From the IMG/VR virus record IMGVR_UViG_3300035665_000004, positions 32,001 through 96,000 of that record: a stretch of DNA of 64,000 nucleotides. One strand, 5' to 3'. A model generated the notes under the pieces. The model had not been told where the DNA came from. It saw nothing but the letters and a program-made list of their open reading frames with translations, and did not search any database. Below, piece by piece: positions 9,712 to 19,223 of this stretch. Each line of letters begins with the position of its first letter. Position 1 is the stretch's first letter. This stretch comes from a virus. The position numbers and the translations under genes are program-made.

Positions 9712-9717
9712 CATTAG

Positions 9718-10029
9718 TCACAGCCAACGTTTTAATTTTTCAATTAACACCGATTTTAAAACCATACCGGTGATAGATTGTTCCATTTCACCTTTTTTAA
9801 AAATTAAAATAGTTGGTACACCTTTAATATTAAATTTTGTTGCTAACTCTTCATGTTCATCTACATCGACATTATAAAACGACACAATATCATCATATTC
9901 AATAGATAACTCCTGTAATATGGGTAATAATATTTTGCACGGTGAACACCAACTTGCGTAAAATTCAACTACAACTACACCTTTAGAAACTGCTTGATCA
10001 AAGTTTGATAAATCAACTGGTTTTATCAT
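9718..10029 (-). CDS. trxA: Thioredoxin
   Basis: VVEFYASWCSPCK...FNIKGVPTILIFKKGE; 103 aa. Confidence 0.92.
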   Translation of the reverse strand: MIKPVDLSNFDQAVSKGVVVVEFYASWCSPCKILLPILQELSIEYDDIVSFYNVDVDEHEELATKFNIKGVPTILIFKKGEMEQSITGMVLKSVLIEKLKRWL

Positions 10030-10121
10030 ATATTTTTTTCCTCAAAAATGAATATTTATGGGTTTTGTCGGTTAAATGAAAATAATAGTATAATATTCTT
10101 AATGAAAAAAAGGGATAAACA

Positions 10122-10406
10122 ATGAATGAAGAAAAACATAAAAAAAATAAGGTAATAAGTTACAATATACCTGAGATTGATAGTGCTATTAAAAATTTAG
10201 AAGATTTTCCACACATAATTAAAAATTTACAATTATTTTGGGGGACACAGGAATTTTACGAAATTGTTGATAATATTCTGTTTGCAAATAGATATGATAG
10301 AAATGGATTACCAAAACCTACATTCACAACATTATTAAATATTTGTGAGATACACAAGAAAAAATTTCCAAAAAAAGAAACAGTTGACATTTGGAATGGT
10401 AGATGA
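10122..10406 (+). CDS. Hypothetical protein
   Basis: 94-aa ORF with GGGA RBS and upstream TATAAT. Confidence 0.6.
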   Translation: MNEEKHKKNKVISYNIPEIDSAIKNLEDFPHIIKNLQLFWGTQEFYEIVDNILFANRYDRNGLPKPTFTTLLNICEIHKKKFPKKETVDIWNGR

Positions 10407-10444
10407 ATATCATTTTTCATCCACCATATTTAAAAAATTAATTC

Positions 10445-10861
10445 TCAACTAAGACATTCTTTGACTATTTTTGAAGTGAGTTGAGCATCTAGTGCACTAC
10501 CATAAGTTTCTTTTAATTGTGACATTACTTTACCCATCATTTTTACCGTTTTTTCATCTAAAGTCGAAATGATGGTTTCTACTGCAATTCGAGTTTCACT
10601 TTCTGTCATTACTTTCGGTAAAAAACTTTCACATACTTCAAACACAAAAGGATTAAATGGTGCACCCGAATCTTTAGATTGATGACCCATTTTTAATTCT
10701 TTTTTTGCCGCAGAAACAATGTCACTTTCAGTTACACTTCGATTGCCATCTTCTTTTGCTATCAACTGGACTAATGAAAAAATAGATGTCAATACCTTCG
10801 ATTTTTCAGGATTTTCTTTTTTCATTTTCATTAATTCGGTTCGTAACTCCTCAATATTCAT
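10445..10861 (-). CDS. GatB/YqeY domain protein
   Basis: YqeY-like features: EVCESFLPKVMTESE and KMMGKVMSQLKETYGSALD. Confidence 0.8.
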   Translation of the reverse strand: MNIEELRTELMKMKKENPEKSKVLTSIFSLVQLIAKEDGNRSVTESDIVSAAKKELKMGHQSKDSGAPFNPFVFEVCESFLPKVMTESETRIAVETIISTLDEKTVKMMGKVMSQLKETYGSALDAQLTSKIVKECLS

Positions 10862-10951
10862 TTTTTACCTCCACATTGTTTAAATATACATTTGGTATTA
10901 TACAAAAAACATTGTATAATAGTATAATGAATTAATTTGGAGGTAAGTAAT

Positions 10952-11752
10952 TTGAGTGAATTAGAGAAACTGATAAATGAATTAACCGAAGAAGATATTG
11001 AATACTTAGAAAAAACAGTATTTACTGAAGATGGAGGTATAATCCCATTAAATGAATTAGATAAATTAATTTCATATGAGGCAATGATGCATTCACAAAA
11101 AGATGCAGTGCAATATGCCTTAAAAATTAATTTAAACTCGGTTTATGGTGTACAAATTATGCCACACTTTAAATTTGCCGATGAATATGGTTCTTTGGGT
11201 GCAAGTACAACACTTAGTGGCAGAATACTATCTAAATTTGGGTTGATTGAAACTATTGAACAATATTTTAACCAAGATAGAGAAATTAGATGGGAATTTC
11301 CACTTTCAAATGATATTACAGTAGCTGCAGATGATATTTCGTTTTTTAAAAATCCAGAAAATCAAATGCTAAGAACAGCAGTTATTTCAGATACAGATAG
11401 TGTCTCTGGTGATTCATTGGTAAAAACTGATAGATTTGGTGACATTTCTCTTACCGATTTAGAAGAAAAAGCTGATAGAATTGAAATTAAGAACAACAAA
11501 GAGTTTTATTTTTTTGATTCTCCACTAAACATAACAAATTATATAGATGGAAACCTGTTGTTTGATACTGTCGAATTTATATACGCTCATAACATAGAAA
11601 AAGATATGTATGAAATAGAATTAGAAGATGGTAAAATTATTCGTTGTACAAGTGATCATAGCATTATGATTTGTAATGATTGTGGTGAACCAATCATCGA
11701 AAAGAAACCAAATGAATTAACATCCGATGATTTTTGTATGATTGAAGATTAA
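10952..11752 (+). CDS. Family-B DNA polymerase middle fragment (motif B to motif C) fused to the N-terminal half of a split intein
   Basis: Motif B QYALKINLNSVYG and motif C half VISDTD, then SVSGDS (intein block A, 11399) and IRCTSDH (block B TxxH), then a stop. TTG start after GGAGG. Confidence 0.9.
   Translation: MSELEKLINELTEEDIEYLEKTVFTEDGGIIPLNELDKLISYEAMMHSQKDAVQYALKINLNSVYGVQIMPHFKFADEYGSLGASTTLSGRILSKFGLIETIEQYFNQDREIRWEFPLSNDITVAADDISFFKNPENQMLRTAVISDTDSVSGDSLVKTDRFGDISLTDLEEKADRIEIKNNKEFYFFDSPLNITNYIDGNLLFDTVEFIYAHNIEKDMYEIELEDGKIIRCTSDHSIMICNDCGEPIIEKKPNELTSDDFCMIED
11399..11749 (+). mobile_element. Split intein, N-half (117 aa, Ser1)
   Basis: Block A SVSGDSLV and block B TSDH; no blocks F/G before the stop; 28 acidic versus 11 basic residues. 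Confidence 0.88.
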
Positions 11753-11782
11753 AAAAAGCCTCACTAATCAGTGAGGCTTTTT
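11753..11782. terminator. Intrinsic terminator after the PolB-IntN gene
   Basis: aaaagcctcact-aatc-agtgaggctttt. Confidence 0.8.
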
Positions 11783-11798
11783 CACATTTACCAAAAAA

Positions 11799-13121
11799 TT
11801 ATAAAACTCTTTTTGCATTCCAATCTGAGCCGTCAGTAGCATAACCACCAACATTAACACCCTCAACAACAATTGTAGCGGTACCACTCATTAATAAAAA
11901 CTCGGTTACATATGGAACAACATCAATATCGTTAAGAATAATATATTTGAATTGAATAAAATAACCTGATAAATCACCACCTGCAGAAATCCCTGGTAAT
12001 GTTTTTGCGTACGCACATGGCAACCAATCACTCCACACAGCACCATAATTTGCAGATACTTTAACTTGGACACTTACTTTCGAGTAATTGTTTGTTTTCC
12101 ATGTAGTAATCAATGGATGTGAAACATTAAAACTTCCTAAATCGAATACATCGGAAACTCTATCACCAAATGGTCTTATTGTTCTAATAAGTGAATTTGC
12201 ATCAAATGCAGCATAACCAAAAGTTTCTTGACCATGCAATCTTTCATTGTCAGTTTGTTGATCTTCTTCTGCATAAATTTTGACTAATTCTTTAGTCCAT
12301 GCACCTGCACCACGTGCCCAATAACCATCGGCACCATTCATTGACTGTCCTTTAACAACGATGTCTGGACGATTACTGAAACCAGATTTGAAATTAATGA
12401 TATTTTCTTTTTTGTTTTCTACCCCTGCATTAGTACCAGTATTAACAATACCTACCTCCCCTCTAACATCAGTTAAATGTCCTTTGCCAGACATTGGTTC
12501 GAAAGCAATCCAGGCAACAGTTTCATATGCTGATGCTTTTTTAGTTTCTGCAAATTCCTGTGCAATTTCAAACCCATCAGTAGTTACTTTTTGTACCATT
12601 GTAGTTGCGAATGTTTCATTTTTATAGGTATTTAAAGTGTGTAAAACTACTGGTGTTTGTGCGAATAATTTTACAAATTTTATATAATCGCCAGAAAAAG
12701 TTTCCATACCACCACGTCTACTATTTGCCGTGTTATGTAACCCAGCTTCAATTCGATAACCACCTAAAGTAATGTGTGACCCTGCTTCTATGACAATATA
12801 TGAAACTGTTTCAGTGCCATGTTTGCCATCACTCGGTTCTTCCATAAATAATGTACATTGTGTAGGAGTTACATCTTTAACTCTTACGTCGACAGATGAA
12901 TCTAAATTTCTAGTAACAATGTATGCAACCACAACCGGATTGTGATATTCTTTTTTAAATTTTAATATGGTTTGTGCAGACGCATCAATAGAACCAGTCA
13001 AATCGACTCTTCCAGTTTCACCCCTAACATCTTCTGTTAATGCGAGACCTAACCCAGTAACATTAGTACCAGTATGATGACCACTTCTTAACGCACTCTT
13101 AATTGTTGTAATATGTTCCAT
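11799..13121 (-). CDS. Putative virion protein with three H-type-lectin-like repeats
   Basis: Three repeats ending ETVSYIVIEAG / ETVAWIAFE / ETFGYAAFD; late-type motif upstream. Confidence 0.55.
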   Translation of the reverse strand: MEHITTIKSALRSGHHTGTNVTGLGLALTEDVRGETGRVDLTGSIDASAQTILKFKKEYHNPVVVAYIVTRNLDSSVDVRVKDVTPTQCTLFMEEPSDGKHGTETVSYIVIEAGSHITLGGYRIEAGLHNTANSRRGGMETFSGDYIKFVKLFAQTPVVLHTLNTYKNETFATTMVQKVTTDGFEIAQEFAETKKASAYETVAWIAFEPMSGKGHLTDVRGEVGIVNTGTNAGVENKKENIINFKSGFSNRPDIVVKGQSMNGADGYWARGAGAWTKELVKIYAEEDQQTDNERLHGQETFGYAAFDANSLIRTIRPFGDRVSDVFDLGSFNVSHPLITTWKTNNYSKVSVQVKVSANYGAVWSDWLPCAYAKTLPGISAGGDLSGYFIQFKYIILNDIDVVPYVTEFLLMSGTATIVVEGVNVGGYATDGSDWNAKRVL

Positions 13122-13159
13122 AAATATTTCTCCAGGATTTTTTTAATGAGTATTTCTCT

Positions 13160-13167
13160 TATTTATC
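13160..13167 (-). promoter_or_regulatory. Putative late promoter (GATAAATA)
   Basis: 39 nt upstream of 13121. Confidence 0.45.
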
Positions 13168-13263
13168 TTTTATTGTAAAATTTAGTTTTATCATATTTAT
13201 GCAAATTTTAAAGATTTATATTATAATATCATATGACATTTTAAAACAATCGCAAGGATTTGT

Positions 13264-13983
13264 ATGATATGCAACTGTGGAAAAAACTATGAAACAGAAA
13301 AAAAGTTTATCAACCACCAACGAACATGTAAATATGTAGAGTTAGATTTAAAAAAGGTATTGACTTTTGGGTATATGTTGGATGAAGTAGATAGACATTT
13401 ATTTCACGTTCCGTTAAGCACAATAAAAAAATATTCTAAAGATAATAATGTAAATATTGAAAATGCAAAAAAAGAGTTAAAACATGTTATTATTACACAT
13501 TATAAAAAATCGTTGTGGGATATTTTATTGGTTTGGGAACATGAACTACTCGTTAGTGAATATCGACAATTTGCGAAATGGGTATGGAAAACATATAAAG
13601 ATATTTCCCTTATTTCGTTAAGAAATATATTAAGTAATAAAAAAATAATTTATAAGTATCATTTAGAAAGTACCCCATCTACCATAAAAAAAAGAATTAA
13701 CGACAGTTTAATTTATATACATGAAATCGGAGAATTTCATAATGATTTTGAATTTGTAGATGTTCTTTTTTCTGGTAAAGTATCAATTTTCTATGTATTG
13801 TTTAACGATTGGTTAGCAACTCAGTGGTATGGTAGATTAGACAGTGATTTACAAAACGGTTTACTCGAAAATGTAAATTTGGCGAGTAAGATTATATTGG
13901 ATAGACTAAAACCCGATGAATTTGATATGCTACAAAAGTTAGCATGTTCGAATACACCAGTTATCCATGCGATAGATTTTTAA
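13264..13983 (+). CDS. Hypothetical protein with an N-terminal Zn-finger-like motif
   Basis: CNCGK...HQRTC at the N-terminus. Confidence 0.6.
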   Translation: MICNCGKNYETEKKFINHQRTCKYVELDLKKVLTFGYMLDEVDRHLFHVPLSTIKKYSKDNNVNIENAKKELKHVIITHYKKSLWDILLVWEHELLVSEYRQFAKWVWKTYKDISLISLRNILSNKKIIYKYHLESTPSTIKKRINDSLIYIHEIGEFHNDFEFVDVLFSGKVSIFYVLFNDWLATQWYGRLDSDLQNGLLENVNLASKIILDRLKPDEFDMLQKLACSNTPVIHAIDF

Positions 13984-13999
13984 TTTAAGGAACACAAAT

Positions 14000-14503
14000 A
14001 TGGGTATGTTTGACACATTTTTAGATAATAACGCAACAGTTATATGTCCCGCATGTGGGGAAAAACACAACATGCAAAAAGGAGTTCAGTCCAAACAATT
14101 TCAGAATATACTTGACTATTACTATGTTGGTGATATGGTTGATGATACTGAAAATATTTCAGTGATCGAAGATTGGGATTGGTGTCATGTTTGTAACGAA
14201 CAAATAACATTATTCTTTTCCTTCAAAAATAGCATTTTTTTAGGTATTTTCCAAACAGAAATTTCAGCAAAATTTGCAAATGATAATGCAAACATATATG
14301 AATTATATAAAAAATTATTTAATCAGAAGACAGAAATATCAACTCGGGTTAAAACATTAGAATCAAAAATCAGAGAAACGATATATGTTCATGGTGAAAT
14401 ACAAAAAAAGAAAAATTTTCAAATGTTTCATTTTAATCATAACAGATTTATTGATTTTGATATAATAAAAACCTTGAAAAATATTTTAATTGATGATGAG
14501 TAA
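14000..14503 (+). CDS. Hypothetical Zn-ribbon protein
   Basis: CPACG and CHVC pairs; AAGGA RBS. Confidence 0.6.
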   Translation: MGMFDTFLDNNATVICPACGEKHNMQKGVQSKQFQNILDYYYVGDMVDDTENISVIEDWDWCHVCNEQITLFFSFKNSIFLGIFQTEISAKFANDNANIYELYKKLFNQKTEISTRVKTLESKIRETIYVHGEIQKKKNFQMFHFNHNRFIDFDIIKTLKNILIDDE

Positions 14504-14530
14504 CCACCATCAATTTTTTCTGTGTTCCAT

Positions 14531-15658
14531 TCAATACATCTTTTTCAATCCTGTAGATTTCAATTGAATTTTCAATTTCATATTTGAAAAATCAGAGACA
14601 AATCCGGACATAATCCTATCATACGTTTCCAAAATTCCATTTTTAAGTATAGATTCGGAAACATCTTTGATATTAGTTCCAAACTTTGGTAACGATACAA
14701 ACCAATTTGATTGTTTTTCTTTAAATATGATTTTACCCATTTCACCACCCTTTAAATCTTTATCAAATTTAGTTATTGTATCGTTATCCAAAACAAAAAC
14801 TAATTTTTTATTTTGGAAATTGAAATGTTTCAAAATCTCCAACTGTTCAGTTGTTATATTTTTTGAAAGAACAGCCATACCATTTAAATGTATAGCATCA
14901 TTGATGGATTCGGTTACAAATATCTGTTTTACATCTTCAGTTTTAAATAATTTATCCAATCCATAGATTATTGTCCCTCTATTGTTGAAATTTTCATTAG
15001 ATGGTGGATATAAATATTTATTTTTAGTAGGAAATAAAGCTCTTGCTGCCCAGCTTACTAATTTATCATCAAAATAAATTGGAAAAATTAACCGATTATT
15101 ATATTCACCAACCATACAAATATATAAATCTGTGGTTTTGTAGATTTCACTCAACCCACGCTCTTTTAAATAAGCCTTAACCTTACTTTTATTATCTTTA
15201 AATCTTTTGCGATACGCAGGCGAAACTTTTGATGAATGTAAATCATATTTTATCGATACATCCGGTAATTCCACTTCTTTATAATTTATCAATTCAAAAT
15301 TATCAGAACCCACCTCGGATTTAATATCCTCTTGGTCTTTTAAACCGGAATTTAGAAATATTTTCTCTTTTTTTATTTCGAGTAAAATACTACCCATTTT
15401 TTTCCAAGCAGATTTTGATATGAAGGTTGCGAAGGTAGTAAGGTTATTACCATTAAAACGATGTTTTTTACTACAATTAAAACATTGCCAACCAATCTCA
15501 TCATTTGAAAATAAAAAATGTGATCTAGGATTTCTTGATTTACCATCATTACAATATGGACAACCAGTTAAATTTTGCCTCCAACCTTTCGATGACAATG
15601 TTCCCAATCGAAAATATCTGTCGACAAACGCTTCTTGTTTAAGGCCGTAATTTATCAC
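14531..15658 (-). CDS. DNA primase, T4 gp61-like
   Basis: N-terminal CPYC...CFNC Zn finger, RLIFPI, and TOPRIM motifs FVTES and LDND. Confidence 0.85.
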   Translation of the reverse strand: MINYGLKQEAFVDRYFRLGTLSSKGWRQNLTGCPYCNDGKSRNPRSHFLFSNDEIGWQCFNCSKKHRFNGNNLTTFATFISKSAWKKMGSILLEIKKEKIFLNSGLKDQEDIKSEVGSDNFELINYKEVELPDVSIKYDLHSSKVSPAYRKRFKDNKSKVKAYLKERGLSEIYKTTDLYICMVGEYNNRLIFPIYFDDKLVSWAARALFPTKNKYLYPPSNENFNNRGTIIYGLDKLFKTEDVKQIFVTESINDAIHLNGMAVLSKNITTEQLEILKHFNFQNKKLVFVLDNDTITKFDKDLKGGEMGKIIFKEKQSNWFVSLPKFGTNIKDVSESILKNGILETYDRIMSGFVSDFSNMKLKIQLKSTGLKKMY

Positions 15659-16004
15659 TTATTTCACCAAACCAATTACTAAGTTTTGTTCTAATGTTTT
15701 TTTTGTACATTTCTATTTTTGAATCTTTGATGAATTTATTTTTAATAACTTTGGATGCAGTTATATCAAATTTTATTTTTTCACCATTTATTTCATTTTC
15801 AAAAGTAATTATGCCAGTTTTAAATTGCCACCCACTGATTGAATATTTGTAAGTATTAATATAAAACCATCCAAACCTATTTAACGTGCCAGTTTCTTTT
15901 TTAAAATTTTCATGTGCAAATACATTGTTTGAGTCTATGCTCCAGGTTTTTAAACTGGCTATCAGTTTATCAAGATTAATAATATCATTTTTATCTCTTA
16001 ACAT
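15639..16004 (-). CDS. Hypothetical protein
   Basis: 121-aa ORF in the operon with the primase. Confidence 0.55.
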   Translation of the reverse strand: MLRDKNDIINLDKLIASLKTWSIDSNNVFAHENFKKETGTLNRFGWFYINTYKYSISGWQFKTGIITFENEINGEKIKFDITASKVIKNKFIKDSKIEMYKKNIRTKLSNWFGEISDKLRP

Positions 16005-16317
16005 TACTACCCCATATTTTAATTAGTTTTGAATTGGAATCACTTCCCATAATAGTTAAAGTAAGTTCAGGTCTATCATTTTCAAAATTAGATATTAACC
16101 TATTTTTCGCAAAATTATTTAATATATCGACAGAAACAGTTATTCTATCATCATTAATAATACTATAAAAATGATCATCCGTTAAACTTGACATGAGAAT
16201 TATAGCCAAAACCTTACCATCAAACTCATTATAAAATTTTGATATATTTTTAATTTCCAAACATTTACTGTGTGGTAAAGCATCTTTCTGTATTTCTAAC
16301 ACAAAAATAGTAGTCAT
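15991..16317 (-). CDS. Hypothetical protein
   Basis: 108-aa ORF, overlapping operon arrangement. Confidence 0.55.
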   Translation of the reverse strand: MTTIFVLEIQKDALPHSKCLEIKNISKFYNEFDGKVLAIILMSSLTDDHFYSIINDDRITVSVDILNNFAKNRLISNFENDRPELTLTIMGSDSNSKLIKIWGSNVKR

Positions 16318-16319
16318 GA

Positions 16320-16772
16320 TTAATACATTATGTTATGTTGAATTTTATGAATATCGATAATACTTTTTACTTTCCAATCAAACGAGGATAATTCCTTCTC
16401 TTTAGACTCTAATGATTTAATTGTAACATTAATTTTGTCTAATAATTTTTTATTATCAACATATTCGGGAAATTTTTTTATTTCTCTTTCATAGTCTTTA
16501 TGGGTTTTTAACAATTCGGGGAATCCATCATATTCACTTGCAACATTATGGATTTCAATGGCATACCAATTATCAAATGCTATTTCTAAATCAGCATGTG
16601 ATAATCGAAGTTTAAATATAATTTTCGTTAATTTGGCGTGGTGATAATTAGCTAGAGCAATTTTTTCTTGTATTTCCTCTAGTTTGACTTTTGGATCGAG
16701 TGAAAAATCTAAAATTTCTGTCAACTCGTATATTTGACTATCCGTTAAGATTTCTTTAAGAAAGGTTAGCAT
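16320..16772 (-). CDS. UvsY-like recombination mediator (tentative)
   Basis: All-helical 150-aa protein ending DWKVKSIIDIHK, reminiscent of the UvsY C-terminus. Confidence 0.45.
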   Translation of the reverse strand: MLTFLKEILTDSQIYELTEILDFSLDPKVKLEEIQEKIALANYHHAKLTKIIFKLRLSHADLEIAFDNWYAIEIHNVASEYDGFPELLKTHKDYEREIKKFPEYVDNKKLLDKINVTIKSLESKEKELSSFDWKVKSIIDIHKIQHNIMY

Positions 16773-16828
16773 TAAAATTCCTCATATTTAATTAAGATAT
16801 GAGGAATTTTACAATTTTTTTGCCGATT

Positions 16829-17164
16829 TTATTCTTGTGAGAAAAATGTTATTTGCAAATCATCCAACTCAAAACCATAAGCGGTAGATGCTTTTTCGAG
16901 ATCAAATAACGAATAATCGCTGCTCGACTTAATTCTTCTAATTTCTACCAACGCATTGTTTTTTAAATAAGTTTCAAAAGCACCAGCAAGGAACGAAACC
17001 TCAATACCATATTTTTCAGCAACGCCCGTAATTATATCAATATTTAAAAGTGCTGGTTTGTATTTCGTATTAATTTCAGTAACAGCATCTTGAAATTGTT
17101 TGGCTTCTTTGTGTAATTCAAGTGTTGTAGATACAACAGTTTCTTTTTTTCTAAACATAAACAT
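16829..17164 (-). CDS. Hypothetical protein
   Basis: 111-aa ORF followed by a hairpin at ~16774-16810. Confidence 0.55.
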   Translation of the reverse strand: MFMFRKKETVVSTTLELHKEAKQFQDAVTEINTKYKPALLNIDIITGVAEKYGIEVSFLAGAFETYLKNNALVEIRRIKSSSDYSLFDLEKASTAYGFELDDLQITFFSQE

Positions 17165-17283
17165 AGTTAAAACTCCTGAGTTTTTAATTATTAAGCATTT
17201 TTATTTATTTATTCGTTTTTTACATTTGTTTAAAAATTTTGTAAAATATACTATATACAGTAACAATCTTTAAAAGGAACATT

Positions 17284-18645
17284 ATGAGCCTCAATTCTTC
17301 TATTTTTGAAAAACCGAGTTGTAAATTTAAATTTTTGCAAAGAGAAGGTTTCAATACACCGAACTACTATGAGCTGTTAACATCAGATGATGTTTTGAGA
17401 GTATATCGGGATTATATGATTTCAAAAAGAGACACCCTGAGCTATGATATTGATGGATTGGTTCAAGAAATCGATGATTTTGATGCACAAAAAGAATTGG
17501 GATTTCAACCAAATGGGTTAATCCCAAAATTTGCAACATCAATAAAATTTGATAGTATGGGTGCAGTTACTAAATTAATAGATGTTCGGTGGACTGTAGG
17601 TATGACGGGCAAAATAATCCCTACTGGAATTTTTGAACCTATTGATGTTATGGGTGTTACTATTACCAAAGCATCACTTCACAATTTTGAATTATTGGAT
17701 ACTCTTATAAACAAAGATGGTTTGCGTATCGGTTCAAAAGTTTTAATTTGTAGAAAAGGTGATGTAATTCCTCAGGTTGTATCCGTAATACCTGACAAAG
17801 AAAAAAAACCTTATATCCAAATACCAGCCGAATGTCCCGAATGTGGAGAAACACTAAATAGATTTTCTGTTAATTTAGTTTGTGATAATATTGCTTGTTC
17901 TGCAAAAACAAAAGGCATTTTCACAAATATGTTTAGTACGTTAGATATTAAAGGGTTAAGTGATAAATTTGTTGAAAAAGCCACTGAAGTTTATGACATT
18001 ACAACCATCGATGAATTAATGAATTTAACAGTGGATGAAATTGAAAAATTGCCAGGGTTCGCAAAAAAATCAGCACAGAAGGCATATGATACTATCCACT
18101 CAGTTACGGATGTAACACCAGAACAATTCTTTGCATTATTAAATATACCAAATCAAGGAGTTCGAGTATTCGAAAATTTATTTTCGCAATTCCCAATGGA
18201 AAAATTACTAGATAACTCCTTCAAACCAGAAGATATTTTAGACACTAAAGGTATAGCTGAAAAATCTGCAAACGCTATTCACACTGGAATACAATCAAAC
18301 CTTGATAGATTGCGTGAAAACGCAAAATGGTTCACCATAATTAAAAAAGATGTGGTGACATCACCGGAAAATCACAAAGCCGCGATGATGGGTAAAAGTT
18401 TTTGTATTACTGGAACATTAAACTTAGGGACTAGAAAAGATTATGAAACCTTAATTTTATCTTCGGGTGGTAAAATATCAGCAGTTACAAAAAATTTAGA
18501 TTTCTTAGTTACCAATGATGCTGATACATCATCATCAAAAATGAAAAAAGCGTTAGAAATAAATTCAACCCTACACAATAACGGAGTTGATAAAAAAATC
18601 GTGATAATTGATGAAAATCAATTACGTAATATTTTAGAAATCTAG
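17284..18645 (+). CDS. ligA: NAD+-dependent DNA ligase, C-terminal part only (no domain Ia or KxDG)
   Basis: Has motif IV YDIDGLV, motif V-like SIKF, OB fold WTVGMTG/KASLHN, motif VI KGDVIPQV, a C4 Zn finger, HhH and BRCT. Starts at its own AAGGA RBS. Confidence 0.85.
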   Translation: MSLNSSIFEKPSCKFKFLQREGFNTPNYYELLTSDDVLRVYRDYMISKRDTLSYDIDGLVQEIDDFDAQKELGFQPNGLIPKFATSIKFDSMGAVTKLIDVRWTVGMTGKIIPTGIFEPIDVMGVTITKASLHNFELLDTLINKDGLRIGSKVLICRKGDVIPQVVSVIPDKEKKPYIQIPAECPECGETLNRFSVNLVCDNIACSAKTKGIFTNMFSTLDIKGLSDKFVEKATEVYDITTIDELMNLTVDEIEKLPGFAKKSAQKAYDTIHSVTDVTPEQFFALLNIPNQGVRVFENLFSQFPMEKLLDNSFKPEDILDTKGIAEKSANAIHTGIQSNLDRLRENAKWFTIIKKDVVTSPENHKAAMMGKSFCITGTLNLGTRKDYETLILSSGGKISAVTKNLDFLVTNDADTSSSKMKKALEINSTLHNNGVDKKIVIIDENQLRNILEI

Positions 18646-18671
18646 TTTAAATACCTTTATGGAGTTAAAAA

Positions 18672-19163
18672 ATGGAAAATCCCGAAGTATATGAAGCAGA
18701 ATTAAATTTGGATAATTTTAGTGTTACTGAGGAAAAATCAGATGATCAACAAATGACTGATTTACAAATTTATGGAATTAACTCGGCAACTGTTAGATTA
18801 TTAAGTAAATTGCGAAAATATATTATATTAATCCAACTACAAATAGATTTAGTTTCAAAACCTCAAAGTATTCAACCAGTTATGAGAGAAATCTATCAAT
18901 ATTCTGAAACTCAAATGATCATGGATATTAGAGAAGAATTGGATATGTATCGCGTGTATGCTTCAGATAGAATAGTAATCAAAAATGTAATGCATGTACG
19001 TGAAAAATTTGAACAGGCAATAAGTTATGTTACCGAAAACATGCAAACTGTAGAATCAGTAATCGATAAAAGTTATATCGAAATATTAGATACTTTCATA
19101 GATTCACTACATCAATTAACAGATAAATTAACAAAAAAATCCATTTTATCCGACCAGTATTAA
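18672..19163 (+). CDS. Hypothetical protein
   Basis: 163-aa ORF with GGAG RBS. Confidence 0.6.
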   Translation: MENPEVYEAELNLDNFSVTEEKSDDQQMTDLQIYGINSATVRLLSKLRKYIILIQLQIDLVSKPQSIQPVMREIYQYSETQMIMDIREELDMYRVYASDRIVIKNVMHVREKFEQAISYVTENMQTVESVIDKSYIEILDTFIDSLHQLTDKLTKKSILSDQY

Positions 19164-19223
19164 TTAAATTTATTTGGTATAATAAATTTTTAATTTTAAA
19201 AAAACAATCACAGGATTATTAAC

